Part shown: in pieces, positions 39,001 to 53,100 of the stretch
Layout of the letters: every line of letters starts with the position of its first letter
Position numbering within the stretch: the stretch's first letter is position 1
Source of the DNA: the human T2T-CHM13v2.0 reference genome, Homo sapiens
Reading direction: 5' to 3' (one strand)
NCBI RefSeq assembly: GCF_009914755.1
Contig: NC_060938.1
Length of the DNA stretch: 64,000 nt
Translations under genes and position numbers: made by a program
The notes under the pieces: generated by a model
Databases searched by the model: none
Told to the model about the DNA's origin: nothing
The model's input: only the letters and a program-made list of their open reading frames with translations

Positions 39001-42000
39001 ACTCTTCTACGAGTGTTTGAATATTTCTCCCTCAGATAGGATTCCAGAGCACAATGACTGGGTTCTAAGTGATTTTCCCTCACATAGGTTTCCAGAACAC
39101 AGCTGCTGGGTTCTGAGTGTTTGTCCCTCACATAGGATTACACAACACTGCTGCTGGATTCGGAATGGTTGTCCCTCCCATAGGATTCCCGAACACTACT
39201 GCTGGGTTCTGAGTGTTTGTTCCTCACATAGGATTCTGGAACACTGCTACGAGGGTCTGAATGTTTGTCCAACAAAAAGGATTGCAGAACATTGCTTCTG
39301 GGTTCTGAGGGTTTGTCTCTCACATAGGATTCCAGAAGACTGCGTGGGTCTGCAAGTTTGTCTCTCATAAAGGACTCTAGAACACTGCTGCCGGGTTCTC
39401 AGTGTTTGTCACTCAAATAAGATTCCAGAACACTGCTGCTGGGTTCTGAGTGTTTGTCTCTCACATGGTATTCCAGAACATTGCTGCTTGGTTCTGAGTT
39501 TTGTCCCTCACGTGTGATTCCAAAAGACTGCCACTGGGTTCAGAGTGTTTGTCCCTCACATACTATTCCAGAACACTGCTACTAGGTTCTGAATGTTTGT
39601 CCCTCACAAATTATTTCTGACCACTGCTGATGGGTTCTGAGTGTTTGTCCCCAACATAGGATTCCAGAACTCTGCTGCTGGGTTCTGTTTGTTTGTCCCT
39701 CACAAAGGAATCCAGAGCACTGATGCTGGTTTCTGAGTGTTTTTCCCGCACATAGGATGCCAGAACACTGCTACGATGGTCTGAGTGTTTCTCCGTCACA
39801 AAGGATTGCAGAATACTGCAGCTGGGTTCTCAGTGTTTGTCCCTCACATAGACCCAAAACACTGCTTGGAGGGTCTGAATGTTAGTCCCACACAAAGGAT
39901 TCTAGAACACTGCTGCTGGGTTCTGAGTGTTTTTCCTTCACAGGGGAATCAAAAACACTGCAGCTGGGTTCAAAGTGTTCGGCCCTCACATATGATTCCA
40001 GAACACAGCTACAAGGTTCTGAATGATTGTCCCTCAAAAAGTATTCCAGAACACTGCTTTTGGGTTCTGAGTGTTTGTCGCTCACGTGGGATTCAAAAAC
40101 ACTGCTGCTGGGTTCAGAGTGTTTGTCGCTTACATAGGATGCCAGAACACGGCTCTTGATTTCTCAGTGTTTGTCCCTCACAAAGGATTCCAGAACACTT
40201 CTGCTGGTTTCTGAGTGTTTTTCCCTCACATAGGATTCCAGAACTCTTCCCCGAGGTTCCCAATATTTGACCCTCAGATAGGATTCCAGAACACAGTGGC
40301 TGGGTTTTGAGTGATTGTCCCACACTTCGGGAATCAGAACACTGCTGTTGGGTTCTGAGTGTTTCTCCTTCACACAGGATTCCAGAACACTGCTGCTGAG
40401 TTCTGAGTGTTTGTCCCTCAGATAGGATTCCAAAACACTGCCGCTCGATACTGAGGGATTGTCCCTCACATAGATTTCTAGAACACTGCAGCTTGTTTTT
40501 GAGGGTTTCTCTCTCACTTAGGATTCCAGAACACTGCTAAGTGTGTCTGAATGTTTGTCCCTCACAAAGAACTCCATATCACTGCTACGAGTGTCTGAAC
40601 GCTTGTCCTTCACACCGGATTCCAGAACACTGCTACTGGGTTCTGAGTGTTTGTCCTTCACATAGGATTCCAGAACACTCCTCTGAGGGTGTGAGTGTTT
40701 GTCCCTCACATAGGATTCCAGAACACTGCTTCTGGATTTTGAGTGTTTGTCCCTCACATACGATTCCAGAATACTTCTGCAGGGTTCTGAGTGTTTGTCC
40801 CTCACTTAGGATACCAGAACTCTGCTGTTGGGTTCTGAGTGTCTGTCCCTCACATATCATTTCACAGCACGGCTGCTGGGTTCTGAGAGTTTGTCCCTCA
40901 AATAGAATTCCAGAACACTGCTGCTGAGTTTTGAGTGTTTGTACCTCACATACGATTCCAGAACACTGCTACGAGTCTCTGAATGATTGTCCATCACAAA
41001 GAATTCCAGAGCGCTGCTGCTAGTTTGTTAGTGTTTGTCCATCACATAGGATTCCAGAACACTTCTGCAAGAGTCTGAATGTTGTCACTCAGATAGATTC
41101 CAGTACACAGAGGCTGTGTTCTGAGTGTTTGTCCCTCACGTAGGATTCCAGAACACTGCTGCTGGTTTCTGAGTGTTTGTCCCACACATAGGATTCCAGA
41201 ACACTGTTGCTGGGTTCTGAGTGTGTGTCCCTCACATAGGAATCCAGAAAAATGCTTCGAGAGTTTGAATGTTTGTCCCTCACAATGGATTATAGAACAC
41301 TGCTCCTGGGTTCTGAGAGTTTGTCACTCACATAGGATTCCAGAACACTGATGCTGTGTTCTGAGTGTTTGCTCCTCACATAGGATTCCAGAACACTGCT
41401 TCCAGGGTCTGGATGTTTGTCCCTCACAAAGGATTCTAGAACACTGCTGCTGGGTTGTGAGTGTCTGTCCCTCACTTAAGATTCCAGAACACTGCTGCTG
41501 GATTCTGAGTGTTTGTCCCTCACATAGGATTCCAGAACACTGCTCCTGGGTTCTGAGTGCTCGTCCCCCACAAAGGAATCCAGAGCACTGCTGCTGGGTT
41601 CTGAGTGTTTGTCCCTTACATAGGATAACAGAACACTGCTAAGATCGTCTAAAGGTTTGTCTGTCTGAAAAGATTCCAGAAAACTGCTGCTGGGTTCTGA
41701 GCGTTTGTCCCCCACATAGGATTCCAGAACACTGATTCGAGGGTCTGAATGTTTTTCCCTCACAAAGGATTCTAGAACACTGCTAAAGGGTTAGTAGTGT
41801 TTGTCCCTCATATAGGATTGCAGAACACTGCTCCTGGGTTCTTAGTGTAGGATTCCAGAACCCTCCTTCTCGGTTTGTTTGTCCCCCAAAAAGGAATCCA
41901 GAACACTGCTGCTGGTTTCCGAGTGTTTGTCCCTCACATGAGATACCAGAACACTGCTATGATCATCTGAATGTTTGTCCCCCACAAAGGATTCTAGAAC

Positions 42001-43160
42001 ACCGCTGCTGTGTTCTGAGAGTTTGTCACTCACATAGGATTCCAGAAAAATGCTGCCGAGTTCTGAGTGTTTGTCCCTTTCATGGGATTCGAAAACATTG
42101 CTGCTGGGTTCAGAGTGTTGTCCCTCACATAGGATTGCAGAGCACTTCTACGAGGTTTTGAATGTTTGTCCTTCACAAAGGATTCCAAAACATTGCTGCT
42201 GGTTTGTGAGTGTTTGTCTCTCACATGGGATTACAGAACACTTCTGCTGGGTTCTGTGTGTTTGTCCCGCATATATTAAACCAGAACACTGCTGGTGGGT
42301 TTTGTGTGTTTCTCCCTCACATAGCATTCCTCAACATGCTGCTGGGTTCTGAGTGTCAGTCCCACACATACGATTCCAGAACACTGCTGCTAGGTTCTGA
42401 AGATTTCTCCCTCACATAGGATTCCAGTAAAAAGCTGCTTGATTGTGAGTGTTTGTCCCTCACATAGGATTCCATAACAGTTCTGCTGGGTTCCAAGTGT
42501 TTGTCTCATATAGGATAACAGAACTCTGCTGCTTGGTTTTGAGTGTTTGTCCCTCACATAGCATTCCAGAACACTGCGGCTGGGTTCTGAGTGTTAGTCC
42601 CTCACATATGATTCCAGAACACTACTGCTAGGTTCTGAGGGTTTCTCCCTCACATAGGATTCCAGAACTCTGCTACAAGTTTCTGAATGTTTGTCCCTCA
42701 CAGAGCATTCCAGAACAGTGCTATGATGGTCTGAATTATTGACCCATATATAGGATTCCAGAACACTGCTGCAGGTTTCTGAGTGTTTCTTCCTCACATA
42801 GGATTGCAGAGCATTGATGGTGGGTTCTGAGTGTTTGCACCTCACACAGGATTTCATAACATTGCTGCAGGGTTCTGAGTGTTTGTCAGTCACATAGGAT
42901 TCCAGAACACTGCTGCTGAATTCTGAGTGTTTGCCCCTCACTTAGGTTTCCAGAACACTGCCACGAGGGCCTGAATGTTTGTCCATCACAAAGGATTCCA
43001 GAACAATTCTGCTGGGTTCTAAGTGTTTGTCCCTCACATAGGATTCTAGGACACTGCTTCGAGTGTCTGAATGTTTGTCTTCACAAAGAATTCTAGAACT
43101 CTGCTGCTGGGTTCTCAGTGTTTGTCCCTCACATAGGATTCCAGGACACTTCTACACATG

Positions 43161-43747
43161 TCTGAATGTTTGTCCCTCAGATAGGATTCCAGCACACAGT
43201 GACTGAGTTGTGAGTGTTTCTCCCTCACATAGGATTCCAGCACACAGTGACTGGGTTCTGAATGTTTCTCCCTCACATAGGATTCCAGAATACTGCTGCT
43301 GCCTTCTGAGTGTTTGACCCTCACATAGGATTCCAGAACCCTGCTGCTGGGTTCTGAGTGTTTGTCCCTCACATAGGATTCTAGAGCACTGCTACTGGGT
43401 TCTGAGAGTTTGTCCCTCACATAGGATAGTGGAACAGTGCTACAATGGTCTGAATGTTTGTCCTTGAGATAGGATTCCAGCACACAGTGACTGGGTTCTG
43501 AATGTTTCTCCCTCACATAGGATTCCAGCACACAGTGACTGGGTTCTGAGTGTTTCTCCCTCACATAGGATTCCAGAACACTGCTGCTGCCTTCTGAGTG
43601 TTTGACCCTCACATAGGATTCCAGAACCCTGCTGCTGGGTTCTGAGTGTTTGTCCCTCACATAGGATTCTAGAGCACTGCTACTGGGTTCTGAGAGTTTG
43701 TCCCTCACATAGGATAGTGGAACAGTGCTACAATGGTCTGAATGTTT
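43161..43747. repeat. 288-bp (6-monomer) tandem duplication containing a nested 48-bp duplication
   Basis: GGAACAGTGCTACAATGGTC at 43431 and 43719; CAGCACACAGTGACTG appears twice in each unit; ORF 43115..43996 repeats with a 96-aa period. Confidence 0.93.
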
Positions 43748-46700
43748 CTCCAAAACAAAGGAATCAAAAACACTGCTGCTGGGTTCTGAGTGTTTGTTCA
43801 TCACATAGGATTCCAGAACACTGATTCTAGGGTCTGAAGGTTTTTTGCCCACAAAGGATTCTAGAACACTGCTGCTGGGTTCTGAGTGTTTTTCACTCAC
43901 ATAGGATTCCAGAACACTGCTGCTGAGTTCTGAGTGTTTCTGCCTCACATGGGATTCCAAAACAATGCTGCTGGGTTCAGTGTGTTTGTCCCTCACCTAA
44001 GATTCCAGAACACTGAAGAGAGTTTCTGAATGTTTGTCCCTCACAAAGGACTCTAGAACACTGCTGCTGGGTTCTAGTGTTTGTCCCTCACAAAGATTCC
44101 AGAACACTGCTGCTGGGTTCTGAGTATTTGTCACGCACATAGGATTGCAGAACACTGCTGCTGAGCTCTGAGATTTTGTCCCTCACGTAGGTTTCCAGAA
44201 CACGGCTGCTGGGTTCTGAGTTGTTGTCCCTCACATACGATTCCAGAGCAGTGCTGCTGGGTTGTGAGTGTTTGCTCTCACATAGAATATCAGAACACTG
44301 CTACGAAGTTCTCAATGTTCGTCGCTCACATAGGATTGCAGAACACTGCTGCTGGGTTGTGAGGGTTTGTCTCTCACATACGATTCCAGACCACTGCTAT
44401 GAGGGTCTGAATGTTTTTACCTCACATAGGATTCCAGAACACTGTTACTAGGACCTGAATGTTTTTCCCTCACAATTATTCCAGAACACTGCTGATGGGT
44501 TCTGTTTTTTTGTCCCTCACAAAGGATTCCAAAGCCCTGCTGCTGTTTTCTTAGTGTTTGTCCCTCACATAGTATTCCAGAACACTTCTACGAGTGTCTG
44601 AATATGTGTCCCTAATATAAGATTCCAGTACACAGTGTCTGGGTTCCCAGGGGTTATTCCTCAGACAGGATTCCAGAACACTGCTGCTGGGTTCTGAGTC
44701 TTTTTCCCTCACATGGCATTCCAGAATACAGCTGCTGGGTTCTGAGTGTTTGTCCCTCATATTGGATTCCAGAACAATGCTATTGAGGGACTGAATGTTT
44801 CTCCCTCACATAGGATTCCAGAACACAGCTACGAAGGTCTGAATGTTTTTCCATCACGCAGGATTCCAGAACACTGCTTTGAGGGTCTGAGTGTTTTTAC
44901 CTCACAAAAGATTCAGAACACTGCTGGTGGGTTCTGAGTGCTTGTCACTCATATAGGATTCCAGAACACTGCTATGCGGGTCTGAACGTTTTTCCCTCAC
45001 ATAGGATCCCAGAACACTGCTAGGGGGGTCTGAGTGTTTTTCTCTCCCAAAGGATTCCAGAGCACTGCTGCTGGTTATTTAGAGTTTGTCCTTCACATAG
45101 GATTCCAGAACACTTCTACTAGGGTCTGAAGGTTTGACACTCAAATAGGATTCTGGTACACAGTGGCTGCGTTGTGAGTGTTTGTCCCTCACATAGGTTT
45201 CAAGAACAGTGCTGCTGGATTCCAAGTATTTGCCCCTCACATAGGATCCCAGAACATTTCTGCTGGGTTCTGAGTGTTTGTCTCTCACCTAGGATTCCTG
45301 AAAACTGCTACGAGGGTCTGAATATTTGTCCGTCACAAAGAATTGCAGAACATTGCTACTGGGATAGGAGTGTTTGTCCCTCACATAGGATTCCAGAACA
45401 CAGCTTCTAGGTTCTGAATGTTAGCCCCTAACAAAGGATTCCAGTACTACGCTGCTGGTTTCTGGGTGTTTCTCACACACATAGGATTCCAGAACACTGC
45501 TGCTGGATTCTCAGTGTTTGTCTCTCACATGGGATTCCAGAACACTGCTGCTGGTTTCAGAGTGTTTGTCCCTCACATACGATTCCATAACACTGATATG
45601 AGGTTCTGAATGTTTCTCCCTCACTAAGGATTCCAGAACACTGCTGCAGGTTCTGAGTTTTTCTCCCTCATATAGGATTCCAGAACACTGCTGCTGGGTT
45701 CAGAGTGTTTTTCCATCACATAAGATTCCAGAACACTGCTACTAGGTTCTGAGTGTTTGGCCCTCACAAGGGATTCCAGAACACTGCTGCTGGGTCATGA
45801 GAGTTTGTCCCTCACATAGGACTCCAGAACTCTGCTCCTGTGTACTGTTTGTTTGTCCCTCACAAAGGATTACAGAGCACCGCTGCTGGTTTCTGATTGC
45901 TTATCACTCACATAAGATTCCAGAACACTTCTATGAGTGTTTGAATGTTTGTCCCTCAGACAGGATTCCAGCACACAGTGGCTGGGTTCTGAGTGTTGTT
46001 CCCTCACATAGGATTTCAGAACACTGTTTCGAGGGTCTGAAGATTTGTCCCTCACAAAGGAATCTAGAACAGTGCTGCTGGGTTCTGAGTGTTTGTCACT
46101 CACATAGAATTCCAGAACACTGCTGCTGGGTTCTGAGTGTTTGTGCCTCACAAGGGATTCCAAAACACTTCTGCTGGGTTCAGAGTGTTTGTCCTTCACT
46201 TACGCTTCCAGAACACTGCTGAGAGTTTCTGAATGTTTGTCCCATACAAAGGACTCTAGAACACTGCCCCTGGGTTCTAAGAGTTTGTCTCTCACATAGG
46301 ATTCCAGAACACGGCTGCTGGGTTCTGAGAGTTTGTCCCTCACATACGATTCCAGAACACTGCTGCTGGGTTCTGAGTGTTTGTCCCTTACATAGGATTC
46401 CAGAAAACTGCAGGGGGATCTGAATGTTTGTCCATCAAAAAGGATTCAGGAACAATGCTGCTGGATCTGAGTGTTTGTCCCTCACATAGGATACCAGAAC
46501 ACTGCCACAACTGTCTGAATGTTTGTCTGACACAAAGGATTCCAGAACACTGCTGCCGCGTTCTGAGTGTTTGTCTCTCAAAAACGATTCCACAACACTG
46601 CTATGAGCTTCTGAATGCTTTTCCCTCACAGAGGATTCCAGAACACTTCTGCTGGGTTCGGAGTGCTTGTCCCTCAGAAGGGATTCCAGAACACTGCTGC

Positions 46701-47059
46701 TGGATTCTGAGTGTTTGTCCCTCACATAGGATTCCAGAACACTGCTGCTGGATTCTGAGTGTTTGTCCTTCACATAGGATTCCAGAACACTGCTGCTGGA
46801 TTCTGAGTGTTTGTCCCTCACATAGGATTCCAGAACACTGCTTCTGGGTTCAGACTGTTTGTCACTCACATAGGATTCTAGAACACTGCTGCTGGTTTCT
46901 GAGGGTTTGTCCCTCACACAGGATTCCAAAACACTACTGCTGGGTCTCAGTCTCTGTCCCTCATATTGGATTACAGAAAAATGCTATGAGAGTCTGAATG
47001 TTTTTCCCTCACATAGGATTCCAGAACACTGTTACGAGGCTGTAAATGTTTTTCCCTCC

Positions 47060-47510
47060 CAAAGGATTCCAGAACACTGCTGTTGGGTTCTGAGTGTTTG
47101 TCCCTCACATAGGATTCCAGCACACTGCTTCGAGGGGCTGAATATTTATCCCTCACAAAGGGTTCCGAAACACTGTTATTGCGTTCTGACTGTTTGTCCC
47201 TCATATTGGATTCCAGAACAATGCTAAGAGGGTTTGAATGTTTTTCCCTCACATAGGATTCCAGAACACTTCTGCTGGGTTCAGAGTTCTTGTCCCTCAG
47301 AAAGGATTCCAGAACACTGCTGCTGGATTCTGAGTGTTTGCCCCTCACATAGGATTCCAGCACACTGCTTCGAGGGTCTGAACGTTTATCCCTCACAAAG
47401 GGTTCCAAAACTCTGTTATTGCGTTCTGACTGTTTGTCCCTCATATTGGATTCCAGAATAATGCTATGAGGGTTTGAATGTTTTTCTCTCACATAGGATT
47501 CCAGAACACT
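47060..47510. repeat. 240-bp (5-monomer) period duplication
   Basis: Blocks starting at 47101 and 47341 share CAGCACACTGCTTCGAGGG and CTGTTATTGCGTTCTGACTGTTTGTCCCTCATATTGG. Confidence 0.85.
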
Positions 47511-49920
47511 GTTATGAGGGTGTCAATATTTTTCCCTCCCAAAGAATTCCAGAACACTGCTGCTGGGTTCTGAGTGTTTGTCCCTCATATAGGATTCCAG
47601 GACTCTGCTACGAGGGTCTAAATGTTTTTCCCTCACATAGGATTCCAGAACACTGCTACGAAGGTCTGAATATTTTTCCCTCACAAGGGACTTTAGAACA
47701 CTGCTACTGGGTTCTGTTTATTTGTCCCTCACAAAGGATTCCAGACTACTGCTGCAGGTTTCTTAGTGTTTCTCCCTCACATAGGATTCCAGAACACTTC
47801 TACGAAGTTCTGAATGTTTGTCCTCAGATAGGATTCCAGTACACAGTGGCTGGATTCTGAGTGTTTCTCCCTCACATAGGATTCCAGAACACTGCTACAA
47901 GGTTATGAATGTTTGTCCCTCACAAAGGATTCTACAACACTGCTACTGGGTTCTGAGTGTTTGTCCCTCCCATAGGATTCCAGGACACTGCTGCTGAGTT
48001 CTAAGCGTTTGTCTCTTACCTAGGATTCCAGAACATTGCTGCTGGGTTCTGAGTGTTTGTCCCTCACATAGAATTCCAGAACAATGCCACGAAGATCTAA
48101 AAGGTTTTCGCTCACATAGGAATCCAGAAGACTTCTGCTGGTTTCTGAGTGTTTGTCTCTCTCATGGGATTCCAGAACACTACTGCTGGGTTCTGAGTGT
48201 TTGCCCTCACATAGGATTCCAGAACACTGCTACAAGGGTCTGAATGTTTGCCCTCAGATATGATTCCAGTACACAGTGGCTGAATTCTGAGTGTTTCTCA
48301 TTCACGTAGAATTCCAGAACAGTGCAACAAGGTTCTCAATGTTTGTCCCTCACAAAGGATTCTAGAACACTGCTGCTGGGTTCTGAGTGTTTGTCCCTCA
48401 CAAAGGATTCTAGAACACTGCTTCTGGGTTCTGAGTGTTTGTCCCTCAGATAGGATTCCAGAACACTGCTGCTGTGTTCTGAGTGTTTGTCCCTCACTTA
48501 GGATTCCAGGACAGTGCTGCTGCGTTCTGAGTGTTTCTTCCTCACATAGAATTCCAGAACACTGCTACGAAGTTCTGAAAGTTTGTCACTCACATAGCTT
48601 TCCAAAACACTGCTCCTGGGTTCTGAGTGTTTGTCTCTCACATACGATTTCAGAACGCTGTTACGAGGCTCTGAATGTTTATCCCTCACAAAGGGTTCCA
48701 GAACACTGCTACTGGGCTCTGATTGTTTGTCCCTCATATTGGATTCCAGAACAATGCTACGAGATTCTAAATGTATTTCCCTCACATAGGATTCCAGAAC
48801 ACTGTTAGGAAGATGTGAAAGGTTTTCCCTTCCAAAGTATTCCAGAACACTGATGCTGGGTTCTGAGTGTTTGTCCTTCATATAGGATTTCAGAACACTG
48901 CTATGATGGTCTGAATGTTTTTCCCTCACATAGGATTCCAGAACACTTCTACGAGGTTCTAAATATTTGCCCTCAGATAGAATTCCAGTATGCAGTTACT
49001 GGATTCTGAGTGTTTTTCACTCACATATGATTCCTGAACACTGTTGCTGTTTTCTGAGTGTCCGTCCCTCTCTTAGGATTCCAGAACACTGCTGCCGGGT
49101 CAGGAGTGTTTGTCCCTCACATAAGATTCAAGAACACAGCTGCTGGGTTCTGTGTGTTTGTCCCTCACATATGTTTCCAGAACACGGCTACTAGGGTCTG
49201 AATGTTTATCCCTCACAAAGGTTTCCAGAACACTGCTACTGGGATCTGAGAGTTTCTGCCTCATGTTGGATTCCAGAAAAATGCTACGACGGTCTGAATG
49301 TTTTTTGCTCACACAGGATTCCAGAACACTGTTACGAGGGTGTGAATGTTTTTCACTCCCAAAGGATTCCAGAACACTGCTGCTGGCTTCTGAGAGTTTG
49401 TGCCTCATATAAGATTCCAGAAAACTGTTACAAGGATCGGAATGTTTTTCACTCAGAAAGGATTGTAGAACACTGCTTCTGGGTTCTGTTTGTTTCTTCC
49501 TCACAAAAAAACTACAGAACACTGCTGCAGATTTCTTAGTGTTTGTCCCTCACATAGGATTGCAGAACACTTCTAGAGGTTCTCAATGTTTCCCCTCAGG
49601 CAGGAGTCCTGTACACAGTGTCTGGATTCTGAGTGCTTCTCCCTCACTTAGGATTCCAGAACACTGCTGCTGGGTTCTGAGTGTTTGTCCCTCACATAGG
49701 ATTCTAGAACACTGCTACGAGGGTCTGAATGTTTTTTCCTCACAAAGGGTTCCAGAACATTGCTGCTGGGTTCTGAGTGTTAGTCCCTCATATGGGATTC
49801 CAGAGCAATGCTACGAGGGTCTGAATGTTTTTCCCTCACACAGAATTCCAGAATACTGTTATGACGGTGTGAATGTTATTCCCTCCCAAAGGATTCTAGA
49901 ACACTGCTGCTGGGTACTGA

Positions 49921-50113
49921 GTGTTTGTCCCTCAGATAGGATTCCAGAACACTGCTACGAGGGTCTGAATGTTTTTTCCTCACCAAGGATTGTAGAACAC
50001 TGCTACTGGGTTCTGTGTGTTTGTCCCTCAGATAGGATTCCAGAACACTGCTACGAGGGTCTGAATGTTTTTTCCTCACCAAGGATTGTAGAACACTGCT
50101 ACTGGGTTCTGTG
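49921..50113. repeat. Perfect 96-bp tandem duplication
   Basis: GTTTTTTCCTCACCAAGGATTGTAGAACACTGCTACTGGGTTCTGTG occurs twice, 96 bp apart. Confidence 0.92.
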
Positions 50114-53100
50114 GGTTTGTCCCTCAGAGGATTCCAGAGCACTGTTGGAGATTTCTAAGTGTTTGTCCCTCACATATGATTCCAGAACACTTCTACAAGG
50201 TTCTGAATGTTTGCCCTCAGATAGAATTCCAGTACACAGTGGCTGTATTCTGACTGTTTGTCCCATAAATAGGATTCTAGAACACTGCTACAAGATTCTG
50301 AATGTTTGTCCCTCACAAAGATTCTAGAACACTGCTGCTGGGTTCTGAGTGTTTGTCCATCACATGGGATTCCAGAACTCTGCTGCTGGGTTCTGAGCGT
50401 TTGTCCCTCACTTACGATTCCAGAACACTACTACGAAGTTCTGAAAGTTTGTTGCTCACATAGGATTCTGGAACACTGCTACTGCGTTCTGAGTGTTTGT
50501 CCCTCACATAGCATTCCAGAACAGTGCTGCTGGGTTCTGAGTGTTTGTCCCTCACGTAGGATTCCAGAACACTACTACGAGGGTCAGAATGTTTATCCAT
50601 CACAAAGGGTTCCAGAACACTGCTACTGGGTTCTGAGTGTTTATTCCTTATACTGGATTTCAGAACAACGCTACGATAGTCTGAATATTTTTCTCTCACG
50701 TAGGATTCCAAAACACTGTTACGATGGTGTGAATGTTTTTCCCTCCCAAAGGATTTCAGAATACTGCTGCTGGGTTCTGAGTGTTTGTCCCTCATATAGG
50801 ATTCTAGGACACTGCTACGAGGGTCTGAATGTTTTTCCCTCACATAGGATTCCAGAACACTGCTACTAGGGTCTGAATGTTTTTCCCTCACAAAAGACTG
50901 TAGAGCACTGCTACTGGGTTCTGTTTGTTTTTCCCTAACAAAGGATTCCAGAGCACTGCAGCAGATTTCTTAGTGTTTGGCCCTCACATAGCATTGCAGA
51001 ACAATTCTACGAGCTTCTGAATGTTTGATCTCACACAGGATTCCAGTACACAGTGGCTGGATTTTGAGTGTTTGTCCCTCACATAGGATTACAGAACACT
51101 GCTATGAGGTTCTGAGTGTTTGTCCCTCACAAAAGATTCTAGAACGCTGTTGCAGGCTTCTGAGTGTTTGTCACTCACGTAGGATTCCAAAACACTGCTA
51201 CGAGGTTCTGAATATTTTTCCCTCACAAAGGATTCCAGAACACTGCAGCTGGGTTCTGAGTGTTTGTCCCTGACATGGAATTCGTGAACACTGCTACGAA
51301 TTTCTGAATCTTGGTCGCTCACACAGGATTCCAAAACAGTGCTGCAGGGTCCTGAGTGTTCGTCCCTCACATAGGATCCCAGAACACTGTTACGAGGGTC
51401 TTAATGTTTTTCTCTCAGAAAGCATTCCGGAACACTGCCGCTAGGTTCTGTTTGTTTATCCCTCACAAAGGACTCCAGAGCACTGGTGCTAGTTTCTCAG
51501 TGTTTGTCCCTCACGAAGGATTGCAGAACAATTCTCCGAGTGTCTGAATGTTTGTCCCGCATATAGGATTCCAGAATACAGAGGCTGGGTTTTGAGTCTT
51601 TGTCCCTCATATACGATTCCAGAGCATTGCTGCGAAGTTCTTAATGTTTGTCGCTCACATAGGATTCCAGAACACTGCTGTAGTGTTCTATGTGTTTGTC
51701 CCTCACATAGGATTCGAGAACACTTCTGTAGGATTCTGAGTGTTTGTCCCTCTCATAGGATTAAAGAACATTGCCACCAGGTTCTGAATGTTTTTCCCTC
51801 ATGAAGGATTCCACAGCACTGCTGCTGTGTTCTGAGTGTTTGTCCCTTACATAGGTTTCCAGAACACTGCTGTTGGGTTCTGAGAGTTTGTCCCTCACAT
51901 AGGATTCCAGAACACAGCTACGAGGGTCCGAATGTTTTTCCCTCAAAAATGATTCCTAAACACTGCTACTGGTTTTGTTTGTTTTTCCTCACAAAGGATT
52001 CCAGAGCACAGCTGCTGGGTTCTACATGTTTTTCCCTCACATAGGATTCCAGAACACTTCTATGAGTGTCTGAATGTTTGTCTCTAAGATAGGATTCCAG
52101 ATCACAGTGGTTGGGTTCTGACTGTTTGTCCCTCACCTAGGATTCTAGGACACTGCTGCTGAGTTCTGAGTGTTTGTCCCTCACAAAGGATTACAGAACA
52201 CTGCTGCTGAGTTCTGAGTCTTTGTCCCTCACATAGGATTGCAGAACACTGCTACGAAGTTCTGAATCTTTGTCACTTGCACAGGATTCCAAATCACTGC
52301 TGCAGGGTTCTGAGTGTTTTCACCACACATAGGATTCCAGAACACTGCTGCTGGGTTCCTAGTGTTTGTTCCTCACATAGGATTCCAGAACACTGCTTCG
52401 GGTGTCTGAATGTTTGTCCCTCACAAAGTATTCTAGAACACTGCTGCTGGGTTCTGAGTGTTTGTCACTCACATAAGACTCCAGAACACGGCTGCTGGGT
52501 GCTGAGTGTTTGTTCCTCACAAGGAATTCCAGAACACTGTTGCAGGGTTAAGAGAGTTTTTCCCACACATAGGTTTCCAGAACTCTGCTAAGAGCTTCTG
52601 AATGTTTGTCCTTCACAAAGGATTCCAGAACACTGCTGCTGGGTTCTGAGGGTTTGTCCCTCACATAGGATTCCAAAACACTGCTAGTGGGATCTGTTTG
52701 TTAGTTCCTCACAAAGGATTACAAAGCACTGCTGCTGGATTCTGAGTGTGTGTCCCTCACATAGGATTCCAGAACACGACTGCTGTGTTCTGGGTGTTTG
52801 TTCCTCACATAGGATACCAGAACACTGCTACTGGGTTCACAGTGTTTGTCCCTCACATAGGATTCCAAAACACTGTTACAAGATTCTGAATGTTTGTCCC
52901 TCACAATCGATTCCACAACACTACTCCTGGGTTCTGAGAGTTTGTACCTCACATAGGATTCAAGAACACTGCTACAGGGTTCTGTGTGTTTGCCCTGCAC
53001 AAAGGATTACAGAGCACTGCTGCTGGTTTCTGAGTGTTGGTCCTTCACATAGGATTCCAGAACACTGCTTCGAGTGTCTGAAGGTTTGTCCCTCACAAAA

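Noticed and set aside
1-47300. Perfect large palindrome centred on 23.66 kb
   Set aside because: Private variants and duplications do not mirror beyond about 30 bp from the junction, and the shared HOR domains lie at unequal distances.
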